Notes under the pieces: generated by a model
What the model was told of the DNA's origin: nothing
Database searches by the model: none
The model's input: the letters and a program-made list of their open reading frames with translations, nothing else
Translations under genes and position numbers: made by a program
DNA from: Halocafeteria seosinensis
Taxonomy: Eukaryota
NCBI GenBank assembly: GCA_001687465.1
Contig: LVLI01000233.1
Span: forward strand, 1-64,000
Length of the DNA: 64,000 bases
Direction: 5' to 3'
Shown: positions 36,701-47,425 of the stretch, one piece after another
Numbering within the stretch: position 1 is the first letter of the stretch
Layout: each line of letters opens with the position of its first letter

Positions 36701-36742
36701 ATGTAAATGCTGTCGATACTCTCTCCTGGCTCTTTCATTCAT
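30764..36742 (-). CDS. 1992-aa protein with SFI1-like Trp/Arg-rich repeats (putative centrin-binding centriolar protein)
   Basis: Uninterrupted ORF. The C-terminal half has periodic (A/F)xxW motifs in basic helical sequence (RAFESW, RTLVNW, LFLRW, LWHLW, ALFSW, ILRAW, AFERW, VFRLW). Confidence 0.6.
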   Translation of the reverse strand: MNERARREYRQHLHIVPPFHTNERRRTDGQERGEYRPQSGRNSTRRASGTTTPPYTSTETKSVSDDGQQTAHVGQEQRSRNSRRSSGPLPRQRDSGRGEDSKEDVLESEPLELDIHAFLQMHRGSSSNAQTLVAQNAEHSSNEDGEDRLPEPQAPPVPSAPSSNMTPDSLDRSSPSETAITPHTVDDSSESLIGVRKASKGAEHQPQLVAANEYTGYTCQEIAEGTTSIRNASTIGILAETTNRSNIAERVVNDAGSRSQPQVTFARPPSSTGKPQQQCHMDVSLKDTRASLLRQDFSRKKLRSFREPKGPNDDLPSIGHGSRYFRRIRYSVAERKAKYAEDIEHRAQLTSQCWDAKTKSLKQYRGERRRMSADGHMQRSSVAVSPANTGIMLPPKKEVGIQEENLKTEAYNSEDRNFSCGSDLLCSIPRLTFILRSPETSPRHSRATLQFPYTPVSFATVGFGLGILEGPISYLEVLDEMTRGLWVPLQRFVEYFLELCITKSPYISLLWDGARHDLPARMLQDLELLQPQESVPSAICDMMRGVGKDERINIIDEALSIREGRDTHLANDYVFIAVVSYICWRYFLQVLEKEGRLTIQRIVKSIVNGTVLKFSLHNFADVEWLRDSSRTLSVFAGELHDQTDQVDNSENVSHEITSEEPESALVKSYRSLFVGEQEEGSFVAEDSARPEDVGKPDLVIRRDDFEWDLSAPSSELITKIICGITVRPHSSFGGFVRRETESSKQTLEQLRSVSHHSRFKDGRSDTRDISTLPFFSLLQEQSVDSAWYGSRVAAELGGGLLRKRRLTFVLRLLRRNSKLNQLRRTLISYSVESTSLKNSLCSFFKEHYSMRLGEFLLGMRAENLRRSFQARRQRMFLHRFREERRRRVSSSLKNTVAATFRRYTLASRAFRSLKSTLLLEKAERFYMAVSNMWSYYRSTYLFFGRWKKYKFRKCALRNSLSLLSERLMYSSSSISHFDGRVSEAWDHCKEYNLHGFACRVLGPVWKECTAQAQPAAGSDDAPPTMSPYQRESQVIVRGKRKALRVFLISARKSYRKSLIGGCRPFLKSGLSLAVYQTLWQVQRKYYFHYGCKDRSDILILPAWSPTFSRRSTLWCKYSSSFSFSKESDIISLSKNIEDMCPWHPSFVGWSSPDRYERQGIKISRALAESPSGPTSALLCDRDTVILCSLKLLDVQGLLFCENFENDSRPSWAIAASQDIPMNVVRTSAQRVYRLMETAAFSFAFVDADDIRIKIMESECFGSQEQTIRSIEETARITQLTTSPSITDSAIATSIKKARRRAFESWIYIYKLRRLEKVVLASQRYKLMQTAFGCLVRFYRFVHSSHELADRRNPTQLLRRVFNRFATVVTSRLLRQEETVAHFWRRSSLKRTLVNWKAFKEQTGAAKACNAEANKQWTTFLFLRWKRYYYRRQRKKHHLDSCRHGLARVHRTRLWHLWRVKVSRRKLLRRLFVTCLQARKEQRYSQWREYFALQRTALFSWREYTVQQHKVRQLQAAAYTAAAFYRVNRVSRCWRLWRIQQEIRLRKREATRRLLECLYTASTRRQEQIASLILRAWKTHVEQQNRLLKEFEQYWRYRRPLRGSMDALVVHWTQRKGLNRLIERRHGRMLSHAFERWKCDFLQRRFFRPQTMHYFLSLRYSLRCWVSFLHEVRQTDGSALLHMKAVSSRSRKQRVFRLWITCAVTKLTTRRLRLLKTKTAEEAAAAARKRQEWVVREDTARVARARILDQSSKGNITSAEEGRKLVKKKTTSKRRPVRKKKNTSGTEFARSTNNVAVFGKTGIQRSRSATAERRKVRFSRRKDFHSSEKPQRSKSVSYSPTDTRSAQERTRTNTTPTRQSSQPRSQMRQEGRRATAARLPGRTRPNTSRTGQHNAQFVTRFDSHKLPPYSTVANTDRKETRRRCSDPPHHSLRECNDCGLYVTGEKCARCGTNFLGSPTHLSLNVPPPPIQGRAFPAKGEVQVRFLQDYTQNQ

Positions 36743-37713
36743 ATTCCTCTCCTATAGCGTCTCAAATGCCCCCATATTTGCACCTAACGGCCGCGGAAGT
36801 TGATCCATGCAGAGCAATTTTGCAGCCACGCTAGTGGTGCATGCACACAGGGAGACACATATATAACAAATACCTATATATCAAATGTTGATAACATGCA
36901 GGAATGGAGTAAAACAATCAAATAGCAGGTGTACCGAGAGAAGACCTGGAACTTCACGCGGAATTCAAATACGTGAAGCTCAAGAAATCATTGCCTACCC
37001 GTAATGCAGTCAGTAGTACTCCAATTACTAGCTTTGAAATATGATTTCAATAGTGCTAACGTAAGGAGTACTAAGAAGACGCTGTACGAAAGGCTAGTGC
37101 GCAGTTTATGTTGGCTACGCAGAGACGTTGCTGCCGGCAGAAGTATGCAGGTCTATTGTCTATAGACGCAGGGGTTCCTACTGTTACTATTAAGGCAATG
37201 AGCAAACCGGGGCCGTGTAAGATGTTAGTGTATTACAGTGACTTGTCTCTGAATCTGAGGAGCCACATCAATGGCTCCCGTCTTCCATCCGTTCGGGACC
37301 ATTTATCTTGACCAGAATAACACGCACGTATCACGAGCATCGAGCTAAACTGGGCACATTGCTTACCATTGTCAACTACATTGTAGCATAGGTACATGAA
37401 GTATTGCCATCATTTCTATCACTCTTCCTTCCGAATTCCGAAATTAGGGCCGTAGAATTCCTATTTCATGGGCAGTTCACCGCTCAAAATTTCGATTCCT
37501 CTCCCACAAGATATAAGATTTCGATTCCTCAGGTTTGTTAGTACATATCCGAAATCCAAGCCACAAGAAATTCAACTCCTACACTTAAAGTCAAGAATAA
37601 AAGTATTAATTCTTCCTTAGTGCATAAACAAGCTGCGATTTAGCCATTAAATAATCGCTTTGGAAACGAAGTAACTCCTCGATTCCTCCAGTCTTTCAAA
37701 CTGATAGCGCACC

Positions 37714-40700
37714 ATGGAGAAGCCCCCCACCCCAGTATTTAGTCCCATTGTATGTAAGAGTCTTTCTTTGATACGTTCTGGAACACTTCAGTCTATCAAT
37801 GAAATGCGAAGCTGTAAAAAGGTAAGCAACTGAACACAGAATAGCCTGTGTTGCCCCAAACACGAGAGAATTCCAATTCTTCTTTCTCTCTGTCCCTAGT
37901 CTGCAGACTTTAAAACTGTATCACTTCTTCATGGCGTGTCGTTCCGGAGATATTGAATCTGCTACGTATTGCCTGGATGCAAAGGTAGATGTCACTCACT
38001 GCTACAGGGAAGAAATCAATTCTACGGGGGTGACAATTGCCTTAAAGTACGGCAACATTCTTGTCGCGGAGCTCATTCTTCGATACGCTCTCGAAAGAGA
38101 ACCTGAGAATCTCCCCCAAGTCCTAAAACCTCATGATACCGAGCTATGGATTCATAGCTTGATTCGACTAGGAGCCATGGACCTCTTGTTTGCAGTCATT
38201 GTATACGGAGATCCGAAACTTAAACTACTATTGCTCCTCAGAGCATTTCATGCCTCCATTGCACACGGCAAGATCCCATGGGCACAAAGATTTATGAGAT
38301 ACTTGACACATTTGACCAAGGGCGCTCACCTCTCACTCGGCGAAACTGTGGCAGTGTCAACTACTGGCAAGAAAACTACCTCTCCGCATACTCCACATCC
38401 TCCTGATAATAAGCCCGAAGACCCGATCAACTTCACTGAGGCAACTGAAACCAAGGGGAGACCAACAACGGATTCAAATCGGAACTGCCAAGCATCTACT
38501 ACTACCGAGCCTCACAAGAAGATTGAACAAGTAACAGAGTTACTACGACGGAGATACCGAATACTCTCTTCGCCAAGCGAGAATCCTGCAGAGCAAGATA
38601 CCATCGAAAAAGACCTAGAGATGTTCAGCAAGCATTACTCCGACTGCGCACACTGTGTACCATACGTCGAAAGGGAACTAGAGGTTTCCCCTCGAGATCT
38701 CAAGAATCTAGCAGCTGAGCTTGCAGACGTCCCAATTAGTCTGATTGAACTGATCGGGCATCATACAACTCCATCTCTGAAGGAACGAATTATTGGAATA
38801 CCCCTACATAACTTCCCTAATTGTGTGGATTCAAAATTAAGAGGACCGCTCCACTGGTTGGCCATGAGTGGAGTGTCTAAGCCAATTCTGCACAACTTAC
38901 TCCGAAGCCTCCCATCTACTATCCTTCAAAGGGACCAGCGAGACTGTTGGAAGCGAACACCCGCTCATTACGCCGCTATGGGCGGGCATGATCACGTCAT
39001 ATCGGTATTTATGGAATACTACCCCTCTTGGGCAACCTCTCGAGACGCAGACGGGAATACTCCACTAACCACGGCGTGTCAGTACGGGCACATCCAATGC
39101 ATTCGCCCATTGTTAAAGAACTCGCATGTCTTCGGGAGCGAGAGGGCACAATCTTCTTGCTTGGAAGCAGCGACACTTCGAGGACACTACAATGTTGTCG
39201 AACAGCTCTGTACCGTTCTTCTTGGGAGCAAGCCTTTGAAAATTACCATTCTAAGCAAAGCATTGTTAGCTGCAACCAAAGCAGGATTTGAGAGAATAGC
39301 GCTGCTACTCCTGTCGAAACTGCAACTCCTGTCCGGTAAGAGGGAACTCCTGCAACAATTTGATTCCACCGAAAGAGCCGCACTACTGCATGATGCCACC
39401 CTATGGGGACTCACACGGGTTTTGGAGCAAATAATTACGAAAACAACCCAGGAGCACGTTAGTTTTCGAGATGACATGGGCTACACGTTAGTTCACCATG
39501 CCTGCATCCATCAACGTGTCGAAACGCTGGAGCTCCTTCTTAGCAGGAAGTGCCCATACAATGTCGGTGATAGAAATGGCGATACTCCTTTGCACTGGTC
39601 CTGTTACTCCGGAAGCGTTGAATGCGTAAAAGTCCTTATACAAGCCGGGGCAAATGTTCACGCACTGAACAGAGATAACGGTACACCCCTGCACTCAGCT
39701 GCAAACTGTGGCTCAGTGGAGATCTCAATGAGGCTGCTGGAGGCTGGGAGCGCCGTGGACGCTGTTATGGATGACGGCGGTTACCCGATTCATAACTGCG
39801 CATACGAGGATAATGCAGAGTTTGCCGCTCTATTGTTAAGGCACGGAGCGAGCCGTGAAGTCTCTAATTTGGAGAACAGGACACCTTTACACGATGCGGC
39901 ATCTACCGGTAGCTACCGAGCGCTGCGCGCTTTGCTTTCTCACGGACTTTGTGTTTTGTCGGCGGCAGAACGTAAACTGATTCGCAGAACTCTCCTAGCC
40001 TCCATGGCTAAGACAATCGGCGACTATACGGAGGACGAATGGATCTCGGTCTGTGACAGCATATCACAGAATATCAATTCTCTAAAAGCTGAAATTCTAA
40101 GGGACAGCAGTTTAAGAGAAACAATAGCGCTTTCTCCTGAGCTCCTATATAAACCGGTAAGGGACGCGTGCAGCCGGAATTCAGAACCCACCCGAGTAAG
40201 TGAGAACCTCCTCCAGATCGACGAGAACAGAATCCAGAAGTTGACGCGAGCTCTACTTCAGATAGACCGTATCCTCGTAGTCCATCCAATTAACGTCCGC
40301 GAAGTGGATGAGAGTAGCTCTACGGATGATATCGACGACCTGTGGTTAAGCTATCGTATTGCTTCGACAAATCGTTACGCATATATTTGTCAGCAGGACA
40401 GGGGCGGGGACACGGCTTTGCATTGGTCTCTCTCCAGCAACTCGAGCAAGTGTGCGAAATTGCTCTTGGAACATGATGCCGACGTGAATATCAGAAACTT
40501 AGACGGAGGGCAACCGATCCATGCTGCGGTGATAAATCACAGTGCTCAGTGCCTGCCACTATTGCTACAAGCTGGAGCTGATCCTAACGTTCTTTTCGAC
40601 CAGCCCGGACAGGGGATTGATCAGAACGACATTCCTGCCAGATATGGTGATTCGCCATTGCATATCGCCTGTCGGGATAAAGACATTCCTTGTGTTGCAC

Positions 40701-41843
40701 TACTCTTGCGAGGGGGCGCCAACCCGAGCATCGTAGATGCTCGAGGCCAAACAGCACTCCATGTTGCTTGCGAGTCTCGACACCTTGGAATCATTGAGTT
40801 GTTAATTCAACAGCATGTAGACCTTTCAGTGGTGGATCACGCCAACGTAACAGCTTTTGAAGTTTACATCGGAATTGAAGGAAAACGGCTCATCGAACAT
40901 GTTGAGGAACATTTACCCATAGCCTCAAGCTCCGGTTTCGAAGGCATTGCAAAATATCTAAACGATCCATCCTTCGTGGATCTAGAGTTGAGCTCCCCCG
41001 ACGGGACAGCGTTCCCTGTTCATCGAGTGATCCTCGCGTCACGATGTCAACCGTTTGAGGCAATGCTAAAATGTGGTCTTCAAGAGTCTTCGAAGGATAT
41101 TGTCAAAGTGTCGATGAAGGGTGCCGTATTACATTTGTTCCTGGCGTACATATACACTAATGATCTTCCCAGCACCACTGGGTTCTCATTCGAGACGCTG
41201 CTTTCGCTTCTCGAGTTTGCAGACCGTTATGGTGTAAGCGATCTTATTACGCTGTGCGTAAGGCGACTATCGGCGAAGATCAACGTGGAGACAGTACTGC
41301 CAATATATCGGATAGCTTGCCTATACGGGATCCAACCACTTCAACTGCTGTGCATAGCCAAGTTCATCACACCAGGCACGCAGGTTGAGCTAAGGAAGAA
41401 GCTGTCCTCCACAACAAAGAAAGTCGTCCAAGGGAAACTGGCTACAGACCATTTAGATGCATTGGTAAGCATTCAACTCTGCGATTCATCACTATGCTTC
41501 TTATCTCTCCAGAGTATCATCGATACAGGATATTGAATTCACTAGTCCCGAGATTAGAACGCCAACTGAAAGCGTCAGTACGATTTCCTCGGCAGTCTCG
41601 GGGCAAAGTATCGGCTCCCCACCACTGGGGTATCGCTCTTCTCCAGGAGGGTTCGGAAGAAGTCACGTGTGCGCTGATGATTCGGGTACATTCGTAACAC
41701 CAGTAGTACTCCACTATAGTATCGCCCTGGCGAAACCAAACACCAGTTTCCGGCAAATAATGCAACTCTTTGCTCCCCTCATATTTGACTTGCTGAGCAA
41801 AGATTGGAGTCCGTTTTCCCAACGGGGTAGCACTGAAAATTAG
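37714..41843 (+). CDS. Ankyrin-repeat plus BTB/POZ domain protein (main exon 37931 to ~41463; terminal exons tentative)
   Basis: Many ankyrin repeats (GNTPLTTAC, GDTPLHWSC, GTPLHSAA, GDSPLHIAC, GQTALHVAC) followed by a BTB domain (FVDLELSSPDGTAFPVHRVILASRCQPFEAML). Confidence 0.88.
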
Positions 41844-42400
41844 ATAGTAGAGAAAGTATGTCACAGCATTTTTCTATTAATGATAGCACGAAAGGCACGA
41901 GCTCGTTCAATGCAAGATGCTGCGCGCCAGTCTCATTTTCTGCCAGCTACCCTGGTCTGTCTATAATCCTTCCCCCGAAGAGCGCTATCATAGTACTGGC
42001 AATACTGTAGTCCATCCGCCCAGGTTCCATAGAGGATTCTCAGGAAATCCATAGAGTCGAACTCTAAAACTTCGTAGTTTTCGGTATTTCTGCCAGGCAC
42101 TTATTAAATAATCTTTACAATGGCAAGCTATTCCCATGTTGTATGTTAAGAACCTTGTTGATGTCGAAAGTGAATTGTAGTAGCAAATTGCTAGCAATCC
42201 ATGAAGTTGAATCACCTCTATGCGTTGGCGTTGGAAGTCCCAGGGACGACTTGCGTCTTGTCACTACCGTATGATGTACTGCTCGTCTCCCTCCAGCTAG
42301 CTATCAACGAATAGCAAACATGTGTTCCAATGAGATGTGAGGACTGTCGAAATTGTCTGTCTCTCCTACGTGATTTCATACACAAAGTGAATAATCCAGG

Positions 42401-43249
42401 ATGGAAGGCACACGGTCGGAGGAAGACAAACCGCGAGATCTCTACAACCGTGAGAAAATAAGGCTCACGCTGAGAGAGAACAAACTGCGCAGAGAAGCCC
42501 AGAGGAAGCTCCAAGATGAGGTGCTGAAGGAGTGCTCGTTTCAGCCAAATGCATCAGCTAGATCTTCTAGCGGCAGAACGCGAACCGCGCGCGCAGCCGC
42601 GGAATTGGAATCTCCTGATTTCGATTCGAGCAGTCGGTTCAATCAGTATATGTACGGTGGAAGTGGTTTCATCGTCGTTGGGAATAAGGATAAAGAGCTT
42701 TCCAGTACCATGCTCCGCTCAAATGAATGGCGTAAAAGACAGAGCTTTAGTTCTGTAAGAGTGCCATGGGATACTGGCGACGCTACAACAACCCATGGTC
42801 AAACAAACGGCCATAACTTAGGCGGAACCCATCGCTCACAGACCCACGAGAGGCTCTATAGACAGAAAACATGTACAGCAAGTAAGAGAGAATCCATCAC
42901 GCGAAAACAGAGGGAGCATCAATATAAAGACGAGGATTTCGAAACGCCGCAACCACTGGAGGAATCCGAAAATGGCAAACCGAAGCTGTCAGATTCTGGA
43001 AGAAGTGGCTCATCATCCCTACGCAGGTCTCCAACACATGAAAGATTATACCAGCAGAAGACTTTTTCGGCGCAGAAACGAGAGGACATCCTCAGGAAGC
43101 AGAGGGAACGAAGACGAAAGGCGTTGGAGGACAGCAAATCAGAATCGAAAGAGAATCTCTGTACAGTCGACCTTACCCAAGAAGAACTCAGCTCGCTCAT
43201 ACGATCCGTAGTACAAAACCTTACAGGCTCCGAAATTAAATTGCCGTAG
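42401..43249 (+). CDS. Hypothetical basic low-complexity protein with an ECSFQP motif and duplicated THERLY motifs
   Basis: 282-aa ORF with an internal 25-aa repeat; upstream exons are possible. Confidence 0.6.
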   Translation: MEGTRSEEDKPRDLYNREKIRLTLRENKLRREAQRKLQDEVLKECSFQPNASARSSSGRTRTARAAAELESPDFDSSSRFNQYMYGGSGFIVVGNKDKELSSTMLRSNEWRKRQSFSSVRVPWDTGDATTTHGQTNGHNLGGTHRSQTHERLYRQKTCTASKRESITRKQREHQYKDEDFETPQPLEESENGKPKLSDSGRSGSSSLRRSPTHERLYQQKTFSAQKREDILRKQRERRRKALEDSKSESKENLCTVDLTQEELSSLIRSVVQNLTGSEIKLP

Positions 43250-43478
43250 CAGTAGTAGCGTTGAACTATAGTAAGAGCTGTGAGTAGATCTAATGTTAAT
43301 GTTAACATCTACTCCTAATGTAGAAATTATACCATTGTGCAATACAAACTATGAAGCAATTAAATTTTGTTCGCGTTGCTGCGTCAATCTGTCGGTGGAA
43401 CAATGCCTGGTCAATTTGAATGTCTAACTAACCACTGGTCAAATAGCTCAGCAGAATTCGATGATCAAGTCAATAGGA

Positions 43479-43495
43479 GGTGTTTAAAAAACACC
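43479..43495 (-). promoter_or_regulatory. Histone mRNA 3' stem-loop (H4)
   Basis: Sense sequence AAAAC-GGTGTT-TTTTA-AACACC-TCCT, 58 nt after the H4 stop. Confidence 0.85.
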
Positions 43496-43553
43496 GTTTT
43501 AGAGTTTCTTGAACTTGGTCCAAGTGCAAGTAGTTGTTGGATACTACAAGCAT

Positions 43554-43901
<348 letters not shown>

Positions 43902-44191
43902 TTAAAACAAGAAAGCTTGCTTGCTTCTCAACTCAAATCATTTCATACTTAATGATTACGATCGTTAATTACGATGGCACGCCGTTAGCTTCGCCCCGTC
44001 GAACAACCTCATCAAAGTGGCTACCCTATCCGAAGCGAACCCCTTTGGGCGCGCTTCAACACGGGCATCCAGTTTGACCACCAGCGAGAACAACGCGCGG
44101 AACCCACCCAAAATTCAGATAGTGAACTATGCAGAATTGATAAGAACATCAGACAGATTGTTTTTAGTCTTTCCCATTTACTGAAAAGTAA

Positions 44192-44626
<435 letters not shown>

Positions 44627-44662
44627 GTTTGAATCCCAGCAATGGGTTTCTCACAACCAAAC

Positions 44663-44679
44663 GGTGTTTTTTAAACACC
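44663..44679 (+). promoter_or_regulatory. Histone mRNA 3' stem-loop (H3)
   Basis: CCAAAC-GGTGTT-TTTTA-AACACC-ACCT, 36 nt after the H3 stop. Confidence 0.85.
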
Positions 44680-44968
44680 ACCTTAAGATATGTTACCCTA
44701 CTGTACATGAATAGCATTCACTTAACATGTTTACATGCACAGGTCGATCATTTTTGATCCGGTATATCTTCCACTTCCTTAACTGAGCAGTAACCAACAT
44801 AACGGCTGTACACCGCAAACTACCGATTCCCGTTAAGAAGCATTTTCGGGTTAACCTTGTATAATAGGGTTAGATTAGGAATACTGAAATGGATTTTTGT
44901 CTTCTATGTACTGTTGCACGAAACTAATGAATCAGTAGTATAGTAATGACAGAAAGGGAATGGTAGGT

Positions 44969-44985
44969 GGTGTTTAAAAAACACC
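44969..44985 (-). promoter_or_regulatory. Histone mRNA 3' stem-loop (H2A)
   Basis: Sense sequence CCCAAAC-GGTGTT-TTTTA-AACACC-ACCT, 45 nt after the H2A stop. Confidence 0.85.
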
Positions 44986-45030
44986 GTTTGGGACGTCGCC
45001 TTCGGCAACGTAGGTAGACAAGTATAACAT

Positions 45031-45420
45031 TTACTTCTTGCCTTGTTTCTTCTTGGGGAGCAACACAGCGTGGATGTTCGGAAGGACACCACCGCTGGCG
45101 ATTGTTACTCCACTCAGAAGTTTGTTCAGCTCTTCGTCATTTCGGACAGCCAATTGGATGTGTCGAGGGATGATACGGGTCTTCTTGTTATCACGAGCAG
45201 CATTTCCAGCGAGCTCGAGAATCTCAGCAGCCAAGTATTCCAGAACAGCTGCCATGTAGACAGGAGCTCCGGCACCCACACGAGAGGCGATTCTCATCTT
45301 GCGGATGTAACGGGCGACACGACCGACAGGGAACTGAAGTCCTGCCTTGGCGCTGCGGGTGCTCCCGCTGCCCTTGGAGGTTTTGCCTTTGCCGCGGCCA
45401 CCTTTGCTTTTACCAGACAT
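45031..45420 (-). CDS. H2A: Histone H2A (canonical type, no SQ motif)
   Basis: [14 protein letters not shown]...[24 protein letters not shown]...[15 protein letters not shown], intronless. Confidence 0.99.
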   Translation of the reverse strand: MSGKSKGGRGKGKTSKGSGSTRSAKAGLQFPVGRVARYIRKMRIASRVGAGAPVYMAAVLEYLAAEILELAGNAARDNKKTRIIPRHIQLAVRNDEELNKLLSGVTIASGGVLPNIHAVLLPKKKQGKK

Positions 45421-45758
45421 TTTGAGTAGGGATTAATTACGTAACTGAAGCACGAATTAAAAAACACAGGAACCGACTTTGTGGAGACGTTCTTGCCAAC
45501 CTTTGTTTCTTCATTATATCTAACATATCGTTGAGTTCCTCTGCTGAACACATTTGACGAGGGCTCCGTTCCGGATGCCCCAGTTGAAGCAGTCGGGACA
45601 GACGTGCGTCAACTGCTGCATCTGAAGCGCACCCTATTCTCCCACGGAAAGGCGGAAATGTTAACAAGTTCGAAACAAAATTAGTGAATGAAAAGCATTG
45701 AAAGGAACATCACCTGTGTTTGATTCAAGTAACAAGTTTTTCTTTAAACGAAACGAAA

Positions 45759-46130
45759 ATGGCAAAAACACCATCTAAGAAAGCCGCCAGCAAGGCTGGC
45801 AAAAAGGGAGCCGCTGCTGGAAAGAAGAAAAGCACCGGTAGCCGTAAGAAGCGAGTAGAAACGTACTCCACCTACATCTACCGTGTGTTGAAACAAATCC
45901 ACCCTGAAACCGGTATCTCCAAGAAGGCTATGAGCATCATGAACTCGTTCATCAACGATGTGTTCGAGAGACTGTGCAACGAAGCTGGCCGTCTTGCCCG
46001 TTACAACAGCAAGGCCACTCTTTCCAGCAGAGAAGTCCAGACCTCAGTTCGGTTGGTTCTCCCCGGTGAACTTGCCAAACACGCTGTCTCTGAAGGAACC
46101 AAAGCTGTGACTAAATTCACCTCCGCCTAA
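45759..46130 (+). CDS. H2B: Histone H2B
   Basis: [10 protein letters not shown]...[31 protein letters not shown]...[23 protein letters not shown] at 45759. Confidence 0.99.
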   Translation: MAKTPSKKAASKAGKKGAAAGKKKSTGSRKKRVETYSTYIYRVLKQIHPETGISKKAMSIMNSFINDVFERLCNEAGRLARYNSKATLSSREVQTSVRLVLPGELAKHAVSEGTKAVTKFTSA

Positions 46131-46165
46131 GTTCCTTCGTCTGTCTTCAGACTGCGAACCCAAAC

Positions 46166-46182
46166 GGTGTTTATTAAACACC
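46166..46182 (+). promoter_or_regulatory. Histone mRNA 3' stem-loop (H2B)
   Basis: CCCAAAC-GGTGTT-TATTA-AACACC-ACCT, 35 nt after the H2B stop. Confidence 0.85.
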
Positions 46183-46710
46183 ACCTAACCCATTTGAATC
46201 CGCAATTTCCTCGAATTTTCAAGAAGAATAAGCCACTGCTCTGCTTGTACTAATCTCGTAGTTATCGCTAGACGAACATAGTGATCACGACGAGAAGGGA
46301 TAGCAGAATTGTAGCCTATGTTATCACTCGGATTTGAAAGTCAGGCATCTGGTGCGAAATGACAGAGTACAATCGCACAACCACTAGAAGCTGTTCCACG
46401 TTTAGTCGATTATACCTCTGGAAGGAAGAAAAATGTTGTACCCGCACCTCCTGTGGCCCACTGGGCACGAGGTGAACTTCTGAAATTGACTTGAATATTA
46501 TTGACACCTAATAACTTTACCTAGTCGACGCGGTTTGTGAAGTTTCGGAACATTCACTTACTACAATCGTGTTATTATCAGCAACTGCTCAGTATCGACT
46601 GCCTGTTTCCCTTTTACATAAGTCACACACACACACCCTTATGATATGCTCAATGCGAACGATATGCATTTGCTGCGTATAACGAGGTTAACGGCAGCAG
46701 AGCCAACAGC

Positions 46711-47412
46711 ATGACTGTGCATCCGGCCAAAGTCAGGCTTTGTTTAGAAGGTATCTACCGTTTATTTCTTCTACAGAAGCTACAGCGGACTGATGATGCT
46801 TCCTTTCTAGTGACTGGGTACCGCCTGTGCTACTCAGCGGATGCCGTCCGCGGATATAGCCTTCTGATACATACGCTGCAACTCATCGGCTACAAACTCT
46901 ATGGATACGTCCAGCCGTACCTCTCAATTACCCATCGGATGCAGGTGTTAACGAAGATCAGGAAGTGTCCCATACTATCTACGGGCATGGCCGACTGGCT
47001 ACAAAACGATTCTGGATCAACTAGAGGGATGGAGTTTATTAATGAACTTTGGGCTGTCATTAGAGAAATCCTCCCACGAATGCAACACTTACGCCAAGTA
47101 CGTGTTAGTGCCCTCGCGCCCATAGAATGCACGGAATGGCGGGGCTACGCTGCTACTATAGGCGTTGCGCTGCTGGTGCACTGCCATGGTTTTCCATCCT
47201 TCCGGTTTACCTGGCAATACTTAGCCGCGTATAACGAGGGTACCATGATCTCTCCAGGACGGGAGAGCAGACCCCTCGAGCATGATTCCCCCTACGTACC
47301 GGTTGAACACCGAATATGCTCCACTCGTGGAAGTACGCGAAGAGCAGTTTCGTTCTCTCTCGATGACGGCAGCGAAAGTGACACTAGTATGTCTTCTGAT
47401 ATAGAGACTTAA
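46711..47412 (+). CDS. Hypothetical protein (probably the 3' part of a spliced gene)
   Basis: 233-aa ORF filling the gap before the convergent kinesin; no recognisable family. Confidence 0.4.
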   Translation: MTVHPAKVRLCLEGIYRLFLLQKLQRTDDASFLVTGYRLCYSADAVRGYSLLIHTLQLIGYKLYGYVQPYLSITHRMQVLTKIRKCPILSTGMADWLQNDSGSTRGMEFINELWAVIREILPRMQHLRQVRVSALAPIECTEWRGYAATIGVALLVHCHGFPSFRFTWQYLAAYNEGTMISPGRESRPLEHDSPYVPVEHRICSTRGSTRRAVSFSLDDGSESDTSMSSDIET

Positions 47413-47425
47413 AGAGTCAACGTGT

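Noticed and set aside
37489..37530. Short direct repeat ATTTCGATTCCTC in the spacer before the ankyrin-BTB gene
   Set aside because: Only two full copies and no associated element structure, so no claim can be supported.
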